32,000 bases of DNA from Fibrobacter succinogenes subsp. succinogenes S85 (lineage in GTDB: Bacteria; Fibrobacterota; Fibrobacteria; Fibrobacterales; Fibrobacteraceae). A program made the position numbers and the translations under genes. Under the pieces are notes generated by a model. The model did no database searches. It saw only the letters and a list, made by a program, of their open reading frames with translations, and was not told the DNA's origin. Of the stretch, positions 17,709-24,910 are shown one piece after another. How positions within the stretch are numbered: the stretch's first letter is position 1; every line of letters starts with the position of its first letter. The stretch spans positions 810,001 to 842,000 of the forward strand of contig NC_017448.1 in the NCBI RefSeq assembly GCF_000146505.1, given 5' to 3'.

Positions 17709-18782
17709 ATGGAATGGCAGCGCAATATAAAAACTTTGACAACCGACGAGCTCAAAGCTTGGCTTCGGGATGTTGACGAAAAGCCCTACCGCGCCGACCA
17801 GATTCAAAAATGGCTATTCTGCCAGCAGGTGCGTTCTTACGACGAGATGGTGAACATCTCCCCTGCCCTCCGCGAAAAAATGGCAAAACAGTTCACGCTT
17901 TGCGGTCTCAAGGAAGACCAGCGTTCTGTTTCTGTCGATGGAACGGTCAAGTGGCTTTTTGAGACCGAAGACGGTCACCATATCGAAACCGTGATGATCC
18001 CGGCAAACGGTCGCTATTCCGTTTGCGTATCGACCCAGGTCGGCTGCGCCATGAACTGCGCATTCTGCCGCACCGCCAAGATGGGATTCACGCGTAACCT
18101 CGAAGCAGGCGAAATTCTCGAAGAAATCATCAACGTCAACTGGTACTTGAAGGACAACGGCTTCATGAACGAAGAAGGCGGAGTCGCTCAGGTGACGAAT
18201 ATCATTTTCATGGGCATGGGCGAACCGCTCAACAACCTCGAGAACGTCCACCGCGTCTGCTGCACGCTGCACAACCAGAAACTTTTCAACATGGGCGCAA
18301 AGCGCATGACCGTGAGCACTTCGGGTGTCGTCCCGAAGATCAAGGAGCTCGTGGACCGCAACACGCCCTGCTGCCTCGCCGTGAGCCTCAACAGCACGAA
18401 CAACGAATACCGTTCGTCCGTGATGCCGGTGAACAAGACCTGGCCCATCGAAAAACTTTTGGAGGCGGTTGACGAATACATCCGCCGCACCGATAATTAT
18501 GTGACGTTCGAGTTCGTGCTCATCCAGAACATCACCTGCACGCCCAAGGCCGCAAAAGAGCTCATCCGCATTTGCGCCCCGCGCCGCGTGAAGGTGAACG
18601 CCATCGTGCTAAACGACGGCGATGACCCGACGCTCCACGCCCCCACCCCCGAAGAGGTGGAAGATTTCCTCGCCGCTGTGCGAGCTGCTGAAATTCAAAT
18701 AACGATCCGTAATCCGCGCGGCAGGGACATCCTTGCAGCGTGTGGACAATTAGCGTACAAAAAGGAAGGTAAAGAATGTTAA
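17709..18782 (+). CDS. rlmN: 23S rRNA (adenine2503-C2)/tRNA methyltransferase RlmN (radical SAM)
   Basis: YRADQIQKWLF at the N-terminus, the radical-SAM cluster motif GCAMNCAFCRT, GMGEPLNN, and the C-terminal CGQL catalytic Cys. Confidence 0.95.
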   Translation: MEWQRNIKTLTTDELKAWLRDVDEKPYRADQIQKWLFCQQVRSYDEMVNISPALREKMAKQFTLCGLKEDQRSVSVDGTVKWLFETEDGHHIETVMIPANGRYSVCVSTQVGCAMNCAFCRTAKMGFTRNLEAGEILEEIINVNWYLKDNGFMNEEGGVAQVTNIIFMGMGEPLNNLENVHRVCCTLHNQKLFNMGAKRMTVSTSGVVPKIKELVDRNTPCCLAVSLNSTNNEYRSSVMPVNKTWPIEKLLEAVDEYIRRTDNYVTFEFVLIQNITCTPKAAKELIRICAPRRVKVNAIVLNDGDDPTLHAPTPEEVEDFLAAVRAAEIQITIRNPRGRDILAACGQLAYKKEGKEC

Positions 18783-19396
18783 CGCAAAACCTCCCGGAAT
18801 TCTGGGACAATCTCTATGCCGAAGGCAAGGACTACTGGAATTTCAAGAAGGCGACTCCGGCCCTGCTTGAATTTTTCAAGCACCCCTCCTGCCCTGCAGA
18901 AGGCTCCGTGCTGATTCCCGGCGCTGGGTTCGGCTACGATGCCGAGGCATGGGCTTTGCGTGGACACGATGTTTTGGCAGTTGACTTTGCACCGACCGCC
19001 GTTGATGAACTGGACCACTTGAGCCGCAAGCACAAGAACTTGCGCTCCCTCGACCTCGACTTGTTCACCCTTTCTCCGAAGGATGCCAAGCGCGGTGGCC
19101 AGCAGTTTGACATCATCTATGATTACGGCGCATTCTCGGCTATCCATCCGGGCCGTCGTGACGAATTTTTCGAAGTCTGCTATAGGATGATGAAGGATGA
19201 CGGCGTGTTCATCTGCCTCATGTACCCGCTCATGAACGGCAAGACCATGCAGGGCCCTCCACACTGCATGAGCGAAGGCGAACTCATGGCTCGCCTGGAC
19301 GGCGTGTTTGACATTGTTGAACGCATCAAGCCCACGAACAGCATTCCGGGCCGCGAAGGCAAGGAAGAATTCTGGCTCTTGAAGAAGTGCCTGTAA
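18776..19396 (+). CDS. SAM-dependent methyltransferase (thiopurine/halide S-methyltransferase-like)
   Basis: FWDNLY...W at the N-terminus and SAM motif [33 protein letters not shown]. It overlaps the rlmN stop by 7 nt (ATGTTAA). Confidence 0.7.
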   Translation: MLTQNLPEFWDNLYAEGKDYWNFKKATPALLEFFKHPSCPAEGSVLIPGAGFGYDAEAWALRGHDVLAVDFAPTAVDELDHLSRKHKNLRSLDLDLFTLSPKDAKRGGQQFDIIYDYGAFSAIHPGRRDEFFEVCYRMMKDDGVFICLMYPLMNGKTMQGPPHCMSEGELMARLDGVFDIVERIKPTNSIPGREGKEEFWLLKKCL

Positions 19397-19437
19397 TTTT
19401 GAAGAGAGAACGCCCGCTGTAGCGGGCTACAGACTAG

Positions 19438-19467
19438 AGACGAGAGAATTAAGCTCTCGTCTTTTTT
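19438..19467 (+). terminator. intrinsic terminator
   Basis: 9-bp stem AGACGAGAG / CTCTCGTCT, loop AATTAAG, followed by TTTTT. It is preceded by a second hairpin GCCCGC-tgta-GCGGGC (19412-19427). Confidence 0.75.
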
Positions 19468-19559
19468 ATTACGGGAACCTCTGTAAAAAAAGCGCGATAG
19501 ACTCCACAGGCGCACCATTTTTTTGTATTTTTAGCCCAGTTTTTTATAAGGATTTTATT

Positions 19560-20057
19560 ATGGCTAACGATTTATGCCCGTGCGGTTCTGGCAAGGCCTA
19601 CTGCGACTGCTGCGAACCGATTATTAAGAAGACCACTCTCGCCCCGTCCCCGGAAGCCCTTATGCGCTCCCGCTACACCGCTTACGCCAAGCACGAAATT
19701 GCATGGCTCAAGGACTCCCTCGAAGCCACCCAGCGTGACGACTTTGACGAACCGAGCGTAGAAGCCTGGAGCCGTCAGTCCGAATGGCTCGGCATCGAAA
19801 TCAAGCAGACCAAGACCGAAGAAGACAAGAACATCGGTTGGGTCGAATTTGTCGCTCGTTTCAAGCAGGGAAACATCACCCGCAACCACCACGAACTTGG
19901 CGAATTCCACAAGGTGGGTGGTGCTTGGTACTTCTATGACGGTCGTGCCGTGAAGCAGGAAACTGTCCGCCACGAAGGTCCGGTTGTTGGCCGTAACGAC
20001 CCGTGCCCGTGCGGTTCAGGCAAGAAGTACAAGAAGTGCTGCGGCGCGAATAAGTAA
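19560..20057 (+). CDS. YchJ-family protein with N- and C-terminal SEC-C metal-binding motifs
   Basis: [13 protein letters not shown] at the N-terminus and [16 protein letters not shown] at the C-terminus flank an NTF2-like core, matching the UPF0225/YchJ architecture. Confidence 0.8.
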   Translation: MANDLCPCGSGKAYCDCCEPIIKKTTLAPSPEALMRSRYTAYAKHEIAWLKDSLEATQRDDFDEPSVEAWSRQSEWLGIEIKQTKTEEDKNIGWVEFVARFKQGNITRNHHELGEFHKVGGAWYFYDGRAVKQETVRHEGPVVGRNDPCPCGSGKKYKKCCGANK

Positions 20058-20080
20058 TTCGCGACTTCGTCGCAGTTGGC

Positions 20081-20147
20081 AGAGCTTAGTTAGCAGAACT
20101 TAGTTATTAGCATATTCTAAGTTCTAAGCTCTAAGTTCTAAGTTCTA
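20081..20147. repeat. TTAG-rich palindromic element with a 4.5 x 7-bp tandem array (TCTAAGT)
   Basis: The right arm is TCTAAGT TCTAAGC TCTAAGT TCTAAGT TCTA (20116-20147). The left arm holds AGAGCTTAG (20081-20089) and AGAACTTAG (20095-20103), which are exact reverse complements of units in the array. Confidence 0.85.
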
Positions 20148-20170
20148 CAATCAACCATTACCTATTAAAT

Positions 20171-21136
20171 ATGTTCAAAGTTTTCGTAGATGGCGAAGCA
20201 GGGACCACCGGCCTGCAAATTTTCGAGAGACTTGCCAAGCGCAACGACCTGGAAATTCTCAAGATCAATCCAGAACTCCGCAAGGACGTGAACGAACGCC
20301 AGAAGATGATCAATGAATCTGACGTGACGTTCCTTTGCCTCCCGGACGCAGCGTCCATGGAAAGCGCCGCCCTCTGCACGAATCCGAACACGCGCATCAT
20401 CGACGCCTCCACGGCTCATCGCGTGAACCCGGCTTGGACATACGGTATGCCGGAACTTTCGGCCGAACAACGCGAAGCGATTTCCAAGAGCAAGCGCATT
20501 GCAAACCCCGGTTGCCACGCCTCCGGATTTATCCTCGGCGTTCATCCGCTCGTTGCATCGGGAATCCTCCCAAAGAGCGCTAACCTCGCCGCCTACAGCA
20601 TCACCGGTTACTCCGGCGGTGGCAAGAAGCTCATCGCAGAATACGAAGCCGAAGACGCCCTCAGCCACAAGGCTGGTGAATCGAAGGCCATCATGGCTCC
20701 CGCCCCGTACGCGCTTGCGCTCGCCCACAAGCACCTCCCCGAAATGAAGAAGTACTGCGGACTCGAAAACGTCCCGTTCTTCAACCCGGTGCTTGGCCCC
20801 TACTACAAGGGTATGGCCGTGACGGTCGCCATCTTCCCGAACATGCTTTCGAAGAAGGTCGGTCCGCAGGACTTGACCGAAATCCTCGCCAAGCATTACG
20901 AAGGCTCAAAGTTCGTGAAAGTCTTGCCGTACGAAGCCGCTCCGGTGCTGTTCAACGGCCGCTTGGATCCGACAGTCTGCAACGACACGAACAACGCTCG
21001 CATCCAGGTTTTCGGCAACGAAAACATCATGCAGGTCACGACGATCATCGACAACCTCGGCAAGGGTGCTAGTGGCGCCGCTATTCAGAACATGAATATC
21101 GCGCTCGGCCTCGATGAAACAATCGGTTTGGTTTAA
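20171..21136 (+). CDS. argC: N-acetyl-gamma-glutamyl-phosphate reductase
   Basis: VFVDGEAGTTGLQI at the N-terminus, the active-site NPGCHASG, and DNLGKGASGAAIQNMN near the C-terminus. The short (type-2) ArgC form, 321 aa. Confidence 0.9.
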   Translation: MFKVFVDGEAGTTGLQIFERLAKRNDLEILKINPELRKDVNERQKMINESDVTFLCLPDAASMESAALCTNPNTRIIDASTAHRVNPAWTYGMPELSAEQREAISKSKRIANPGCHASGFILGVHPLVASGILPKSANLAAYSITGYSGGGKKLIAEYEAEDALSHKAGESKAIMAPAPYALALAHKHLPEMKKYCGLENVPFFNPVLGPYYKGMAVTVAIFPNMLSKKVGPQDLTEILAKHYEGSKFVKVLPYEAAPVLFNGRLDPTVCNDTNNARIQVFGNENIMQVTTIIDNLGKGASGAAIQNMNIALGLDETIGLV

Positions 21137-21162
21137 TCCGCATTCGTCACCCGTTAAATTTC

Positions 21163-21199
21163 AAAAAACGCCAAAGCTCCATGAGTTTTGGCGTTTTTT
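21163..21199. terminator. bidirectional intrinsic terminator
   Basis: AAAAAACGCCAAAGCTC-cat-GAGTTTTGGCGTTTTTT has an A-tract and a T-tract on either side, so it can terminate both argC (+) and the minus-strand transcript coming from about 21290. Confidence 0.7.
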
Positions 21200-21293
21200 G
21201 TTTTTGGAGGTGAAATATTAGATGGAAAAACTAAGCCTCGTTATCCATAATTACGCCTCAATTGCTGAAAAAAAACAAATTGGGATTGACTGT
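21200..21293 (-). pseudogene. decayed third copy of the small-protein gene module (possible sRNA)
   Basis: It retains the promoter-like box (21294-21322) and the 3' block ATATTTCACCTCCAAAAA-hairpin seen after small gene B. Only a 5-codon remnant (ATGGATAACGAGGCTTAG) sits where the 72-aa ORF should be. Confidence 0.35.
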
Positions 21294-21322
21294 AATATAG
21301 ATTTGACCAATTTCAAAAACAA
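21294..21322 (-). promoter_or_regulatory. sigma70-like promoter box (TTGTTT-17 nt-TATATT), copy 3
   Basis: Minus strand: -35 TTGTTT (21317-21322) and -10 TATATT (21294-21299) with an exact 17-nt spacer. This is the same arrangement as upstream of both small-protein genes. Fibrobacter promoter rules were not verified. Confidence 0.35.
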
Positions 21323-21350
21323 GGGGTCGTCTGTCGGGCGATTTTGAGGC

Positions 21351-21381
21351 AAAAGAGAAAGCCAGCCCGAGGTGGGCTGGC
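21351..21381 (-). terminator. intrinsic terminator of the FISUMP lipoprotein gene
   Basis: Minus-strand hairpin GCCAGCCC-acctc-GGGCTGGC followed by TTTCTCTTTTG. A near-identical module recurs at 23362-23392. Confidence 0.7.
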
Positions 21382-21397
21382 GACGTTTATACAAATT

Positions 21398-22600
21398 CTA
21401 CCGAATTTGTCCTTTATCTTTGTTGCGATAGTATATATACGCATCTTCACTTTCCCAACAACCGCAATATTCAACAGCATCAAAATTACATCCGTTTATT
21501 TTTTGGAGGCAATCAATAGCATTGGGGCTTTTACACTCTATAAAACGAGCATTACCAAGATTAGCGTAAGCGCAAGCCTGAATCAAAGTCGGAAGATAAA
21601 ACATTCGATCCCCTTTATCCTTACTACTACTAGATTTGACTGCTTGACTACTGCTGCTCAATTTGATAATTGTACTACTAACCGTATCTACAGGATTTTC
21701 GACATTCGAAACAGGAGGTTCTTCAACGCAGCTACTAGAAGGAGTCACCACAGTACCAAAGTCCTTTATGCAGCGTACAGCCATTCCAGTTCCTTTGTCA
21801 CAGATTTTATTGTTATCAAGACGAGCCTCCGATTCTGACACATGCCAATAGTATGCACGGCTTGTGATATAATCTGTAGAACTCCAAAAAAAGGCTCCAC
21901 TCGCAGTGTGTCCAGCAACCAAAGAAAGAGTTTCATAAAGAGCAGAAAAGCCACTTGCATTAGTCGCCACCAAACCCTTTCTAATCGCGCTTTTACTTCT
22001 TATAAAGTCTTCAGCCTGCATCGCATGTGGGTCTTCGTTCAGAATCTTATAAAACTCAACCCATTCAGTAGAATCTGGTATATGCCATCCCTCAGGGCAA
22101 ATGCCGGGAACAGGATATGTGGGCGAACAGGTTACACCATAGCCACAATTTTCACTATCGTTAGTAAACACTACAGCACTATCCATTGCAGCCGCCCAAG
22201 TGTAATGGCGACCGAATGTTTCGCAACTATCTGGGTTACAAGAGTTGCCGTATGTTTTCCCATCGACCTTATATTCAAATTTCAGGTTTTCAGCCATCCA
22301 AGTTTGCGTACCGATGGTAATCGTCTTATAGGTTCGGCAATCACGCTCATCGACCATGGTTCCTTTTTCAACAGTATATGAAGGAATTGTAGGTTTGCTT
22401 GCGGAAATTTCTGCACTAGAAGCAGGAACAACATTAACACTACTAGAAGAAACCTCTACTTTTTCAGGCTCTTCGGGCAAAATATTTTCTTGCGCAGGGG
22501 TAGCGCTATTTGACGAACTAGGATCATCGCCACAGGCAGCGAAGAAGCCTACGGTCACAATCGACAAACAGAACAAAATACCCTTTTTCACTTTTAACAT
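21398..22600 (-). CDS. lipoprotein with Fibrobacter succinogenes major paralogous (FISUMP) domain and Cys-rich C-terminal region
   Basis: Lipobox FFAAC. Ser/Pro-rich linker. FISUMP signature DERDCRTYKTITIGTQTWMAENLKFEY...GRHYTWAAAM...CPEGWHIPDSTEWVEF...FFWSST...MAVRCIKD. The C-terminal ~80 aa contain 6 Cys. Confidence 0.85.
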   Translation of the reverse strand: MLKVKKGILFCLSIVTVGFFAACGDDPSSSNSATPAQENILPEEPEKVEVSSSSVNVVPASSAEISASKPTIPSYTVEKGTMVDERDCRTYKTITIGTQTWMAENLKFEYKVDGKTYGNSCNPDSCETFGRHYTWAAAMDSAVVFTNDSENCGYGVTCSPTYPVPGICPEGWHIPDSTEWVEFYKILNEDPHAMQAEDFIRSKSAIRKGLVATNASGFSALYETLSLVAGHTASGAFFWSSTDYITSRAYYWHVSESEARLDNNKICDKGTGMAVRCIKDFGTVVTPSSSCVEEPPVSNVENPVDTVSSTIIKLSSSSQAVKSSSSKDKGDRMFYLPTLIQACAYANLGNARFIECKSPNAIDCLQKINGCNFDAVEYCGCWESEDAYIYYRNKDKGQIR

Positions 22601-22654
22601 ACCTATCCAAATGTAAAAAGAAACGATACAAAGTCAAGGTTTGACAGAAAGAAT

Positions 22655-22873
22655 CTATACCTTCTTGAACCATGGATCAAAACCTCCATTAGCTTCTTCT
22701 CGAGCACGCTGTTCAGCCATACCACGTTCGTAAGCCTTTTTCATAAACTCATAATCGCGCAAGCGCTGAGCACGAGCTTCTGGAGTTTCCGGTCGACGAA
22801 TCTTCATGTTTTCAAGAAAACGACGAGCATCCTCGCCATAGAGAATCGGAGTTTCACGAATGGGTCTTGCCAT
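22655..22873 (-). CDS. small charged protein, paralog A (72 aa, unknown function)
   Basis: MARPIRETPILYGEDARRFLENMKIRRPETPEARAQRLRDYEFMKKAYERGMAEQRAREEANGGFDPWFKKV. The start is taken as ATG 22873, with an alternative ATG at 22882. The long N-terminal extension in the ORF track runs through the promoter-like box and is not credible. Confidence 0.65.
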   Translation of the reverse strand: MARPIRETPILYGEDARRFLENMKIRRPETPEARAQRLRDYEFMKKAYERGMAEQRAREEANGGFDPWFKKV

Positions 22874-22882
22874 AGTTTTCAT

Positions 22883-22911
22883 AATATAAAATGATGAAAT
22901 TTCAAAAACAA
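22883..22911 (-). promoter_or_regulatory. sigma70-like promoter box (TTGTTT-17 nt-TATATT), copy 1
   Basis: -35 at 22906-22911 and -10 at 22883-22888 on the minus strand. The -10 abuts ATG 22882. The palindrome CGTCCGTCGGACG (22917-22929) lies 5 nt upstream of the -35. Confidence 0.4.
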
Positions 22912-23042
22912 GGGATCGTCCGTCGGACGGTTTATTTTGCAATCAACCGTTTGCAAGAATCAAAAGATTTTACAAAAGAGAATATGAGCCAGAAGCGAAG
23001 CTGGCATTTTTTTCGGAGGTGAAAAAAAATATTTTTCAGTAT

Positions 23043-23261
23043 CTATACCTTCTTGAACCATGGATCAACACCTCCATTAGCTTCTTCTCGAGCACGCTTT
23101 TCAGCCATACCCAATTCGTAAGCCTTTTTCATAAACTCGTAATCGCGCAAGCGCTGGGCACGAGCTTCAGGAGTTTCCGGTCGACGGATCTTCATGTTTT
23201 CAAGAAAGCGACGAGCATCCTCGCCATAGAGAATCGGAGTTTCACGAATGGGTCTTGCCAT
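23043..23261 (-). CDS. small charged protein, paralog B (72 aa, unknown function)
   Basis: It is identical to paralog A except for R->L, Q->K and F->V, and I also count about five synonymous differences. Start ATG 23261, alternative 23270. Confidence 0.65.
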   Translation of the reverse strand: MARPIRETPILYGEDARRFLENMKIRRPETPEARAQRLRDYEFMKKAYELGMAEKRAREEANGGVDPWFKKV

Positions 23262-23270
23262 AGTTCTCAT

Positions 23271-23299
23271 AATATAAAATGATGAAATTTCAAAAACAA
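23271..23299 (-). promoter_or_regulatory. sigma70-like promoter box (TTGTTT-17 nt-TATATT), copy 2
   Basis: -35 at 23294-23299 and -10 at 23271-23276, with the palindrome CGTCCGTCGGACG at 23305-23317. Confidence 0.4.
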
Positions 23300-23361
23300 G
23301 GGATCGTCCGTCGGACGGTTTATTTTGCAAACAACCGTTAGCAAGAATCGAAAAAATTTAC

Positions 23362-23392
23362 AAAAGAGAAAGCCAGCCCGAGGTGGACTGGC
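23362..23392 (-). terminator. intrinsic terminator of the FISUMP/TonB-C-like gene
   Basis: Minus-strand hairpin GCCAGTCC-acctc-GGGCTGGC (one mismatch) followed by TTTCTCTTTTG. Confidence 0.65.
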
Positions 23393-23412
23393 GATTTTCG
23401 GCAAGTTCTATT

Positions 23413-24867
23413 TTATTGTAGCTTTGAGAAGCTAAACGAAATCGTCGCAACGGTATTAGCGTCAGATTTGTCGAATACCCAACGGCTCACAGTCTTCTCA
23501 ATTTCTTTGTCAAAATCACTATATCCGGTAGTGGATGATTCTATTGAACAACTAATCACATCACCATTCGGAGCTATAGTAAGCTTTAAAACGACATTAC
23601 CAGAAAAACCAGCCTTCATATCCCAAAACTTTTTATAGACGTGTTTTAATCCAGGATTCCGCTGTTGTGCAACCTTCTCTAGATTTTTAGCAATTCGATT
23701 TCCGCTTGATATTATTTTAACATCTTTTACAGACACAGACAAAGTATAGGAATTAACTCCTTTTGAATTTTCGCCCGTAACTAATAAAGAAAGAGCGCTT
23801 CCAGAGTTATTTTTGCCAATTTCAACATCACTATTCTTTTTCGCGGGAGGATTTTCAGGAGATTTATTTTCCTTTGCTTGTTTTTTTTCACCACCCTTCA
23901 CACAGCGAACAGACAAAAAATCTTCTTTTGCCTCATACATAGTATGAACATCATCATCATCTCTTAACCCGTAAGCCAAAACATCTCCTTCAGGGTAGTC
24001 CGTAGAGCTCCAAAATGCAGCAATATCACTCACGAACACGTTTTTTCTAACAACAGCAGCTCCCCCCTGCATTGCCGCAAACTGTAAATTATCTGTTCCA
24101 TTTTGTTTCCAACCATTTTTACTTTTGAGTTTTTTTCCAATCCCCAGAATTTTCTTTTTGGGGGCAAATTCGCCGTTCCATCCCGCATCAAGAAATAAGC
24201 GTACCCAATCTCCCACATCAGGCACTCGCCAACCAGCCGGGCAAACCTTCATTGCTTCATTCCATGTATAAAGTCGACCATACTTTTTGCAATTAGCTTT
24301 TTTATCCAACAAGCAATGGCTTCCATCCGTTTTATATTTTAGATTCTCCGCCATCCAAGTCAAATCGGAAGATTTATGTTTCACAGTTTTATAAACATTA
24401 CCGTCACGGGAATCCTTCAATGTTCCATTTTCAATCTGTTGCGCCTCAATAACATCAAGATCCACAGTTGCCGCATCACACACATACTTGAGCTTCGATG
24501 CAAATTCCTCGCATCCAGTATCTATCGCATACTTATACTTAAGAACACGCCCGCCTCTTTCCGTATATGGTGTAACAGACAATTTTCCACCTGCGGGACA
24601 CTTACCAATAGCTTCTTTTGCCACAGCAAATATAGCATTTGGATTTTCAGATTCTCCCATCTCAAAATAAGGCATTCCCTTAGGGGATTGATAACCAATA
24701 TTATAAAACGAACCTATTTTTTCCGTATCCTCAAAATAGGAGTTTTGCAATTTGACATACGTTCCAAAAAACACTGTCACAAGCTTGGGATCATTATCAC
24801 CCGAGGTTGCATTCGCAAAAGCCGCCAGTGCCGAAACCAGCAACATTGTAAATGAGAATTTATTCAT
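23413..24867 (-). CDS. secreted FISUMP-domain protein with C-terminal TonB-C / AgmX-PglI-like domain
   Basis: Signal peptide MLLVSALAAFANA. FISUMP signature DSRDGNVYKTVKHKSSDLTWMAENLKYK...GRLYTWNEAMKVCPAGWRVPDVGDWVRL...AFWSSTDY...LSVRCVKG. The C-terminal ~100 aa (NPGLKHVYKKF...FSGNVVLKLTIAPNGDVISCSIESSTTGYSDFDKEIEKTVSRWVFDKS) resemble TonB C-terminal-type domains. Confidence 0.8.
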   Translation of the reverse strand: MNKFSFTMLLVSALAAFANATSGDNDPKLVTVFFGTYVKLQNSYFEDTEKIGSFYNIGYQSPKGMPYFEMGESENPNAIFAVAKEAIGKCPAGGKLSVTPYTERGGRVLKYKYAIDTGCEEFASKLKYVCDAATVDLDVIEAQQIENGTLKDSRDGNVYKTVKHKSSDLTWMAENLKYKTDGSHCLLDKKANCKKYGRLYTWNEAMKVCPAGWRVPDVGDWVRLFLDAGWNGEFAPKKKILGIGKKLKSKNGWKQNGTDNLQFAAMQGGAAVVRKNVFVSDIAAFWSSTDYPEGDVLAYGLRDDDDVHTMYEAKEDFLSVRCVKGGEKKQAKENKSPENPPAKKNSDVEIGKNNSGSALSLLVTGENSKGVNSYTLSVSVKDVKIISSGNRIAKNLEKVAQQRNPGLKHVYKKFWDMKAGFSGNVVLKLTIAPNGDVISCSIESSTTGYSDFDKEIEKTVSRWVFDKSDANTVATISFSFSKLQ

Positions 24868-24910
24868 ATTTTATTCCTTTTTTAAGTTTTTTATTCAAAG
24901 AGATGTTCTA

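Larger units (their letters stand above)
22652..23371. repeat. tandem direct duplication, period 389 bp, ~330 bp conserved core at roughly 95% identity
   Basis: Copy A starts ATCTATACCTTCTTGAACCATGG at 22652 and copy B at 23041. Both run through the small ORF, the promoter box, the palindrome and TACAAAAGAGAA. Confidence 0.9.

Noticed and set aside
21222-21347. 41-aa plus-strand ORF (MEKLSLVIHNYASIAEKKQIGIDCNIDLTNFKNKGSSVGRF) preceded by GGAGG.
   Set aside because: It runs through the minus-strand promoter box and palindrome, which are conserved for other reasons. It has no paralog in the other two cassettes, and the SD-ATG spacing (11 nt) is long. It is kept only as an alternative to the sRNA/pseudogene interpretation.
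23019-23282. 87-aa plus-strand ORF (GTG start right after GGAG) opposite small-protein gene B.
   Set aside because: It is a mirror ORF of the better-supported minus-strand gene. The equivalent plus-strand frame in copy A (around 22655-22942) contains stop codons, and the product is low-complexity. The GGAGGTG belongs to a conserved 3' block on the minus strand rather than to an RBS.
22652-23371. Repeat structure that might be mistaken for a CRISPR array or a mobile-element terminal repeat.
   Set aside because: There are only two full units, each of about 330 bp with a 389-bp period, and each contains an intact ORF with its promoter. There are no short regularly spaced repeats, no cas genes, no transposase and no target-site duplications.
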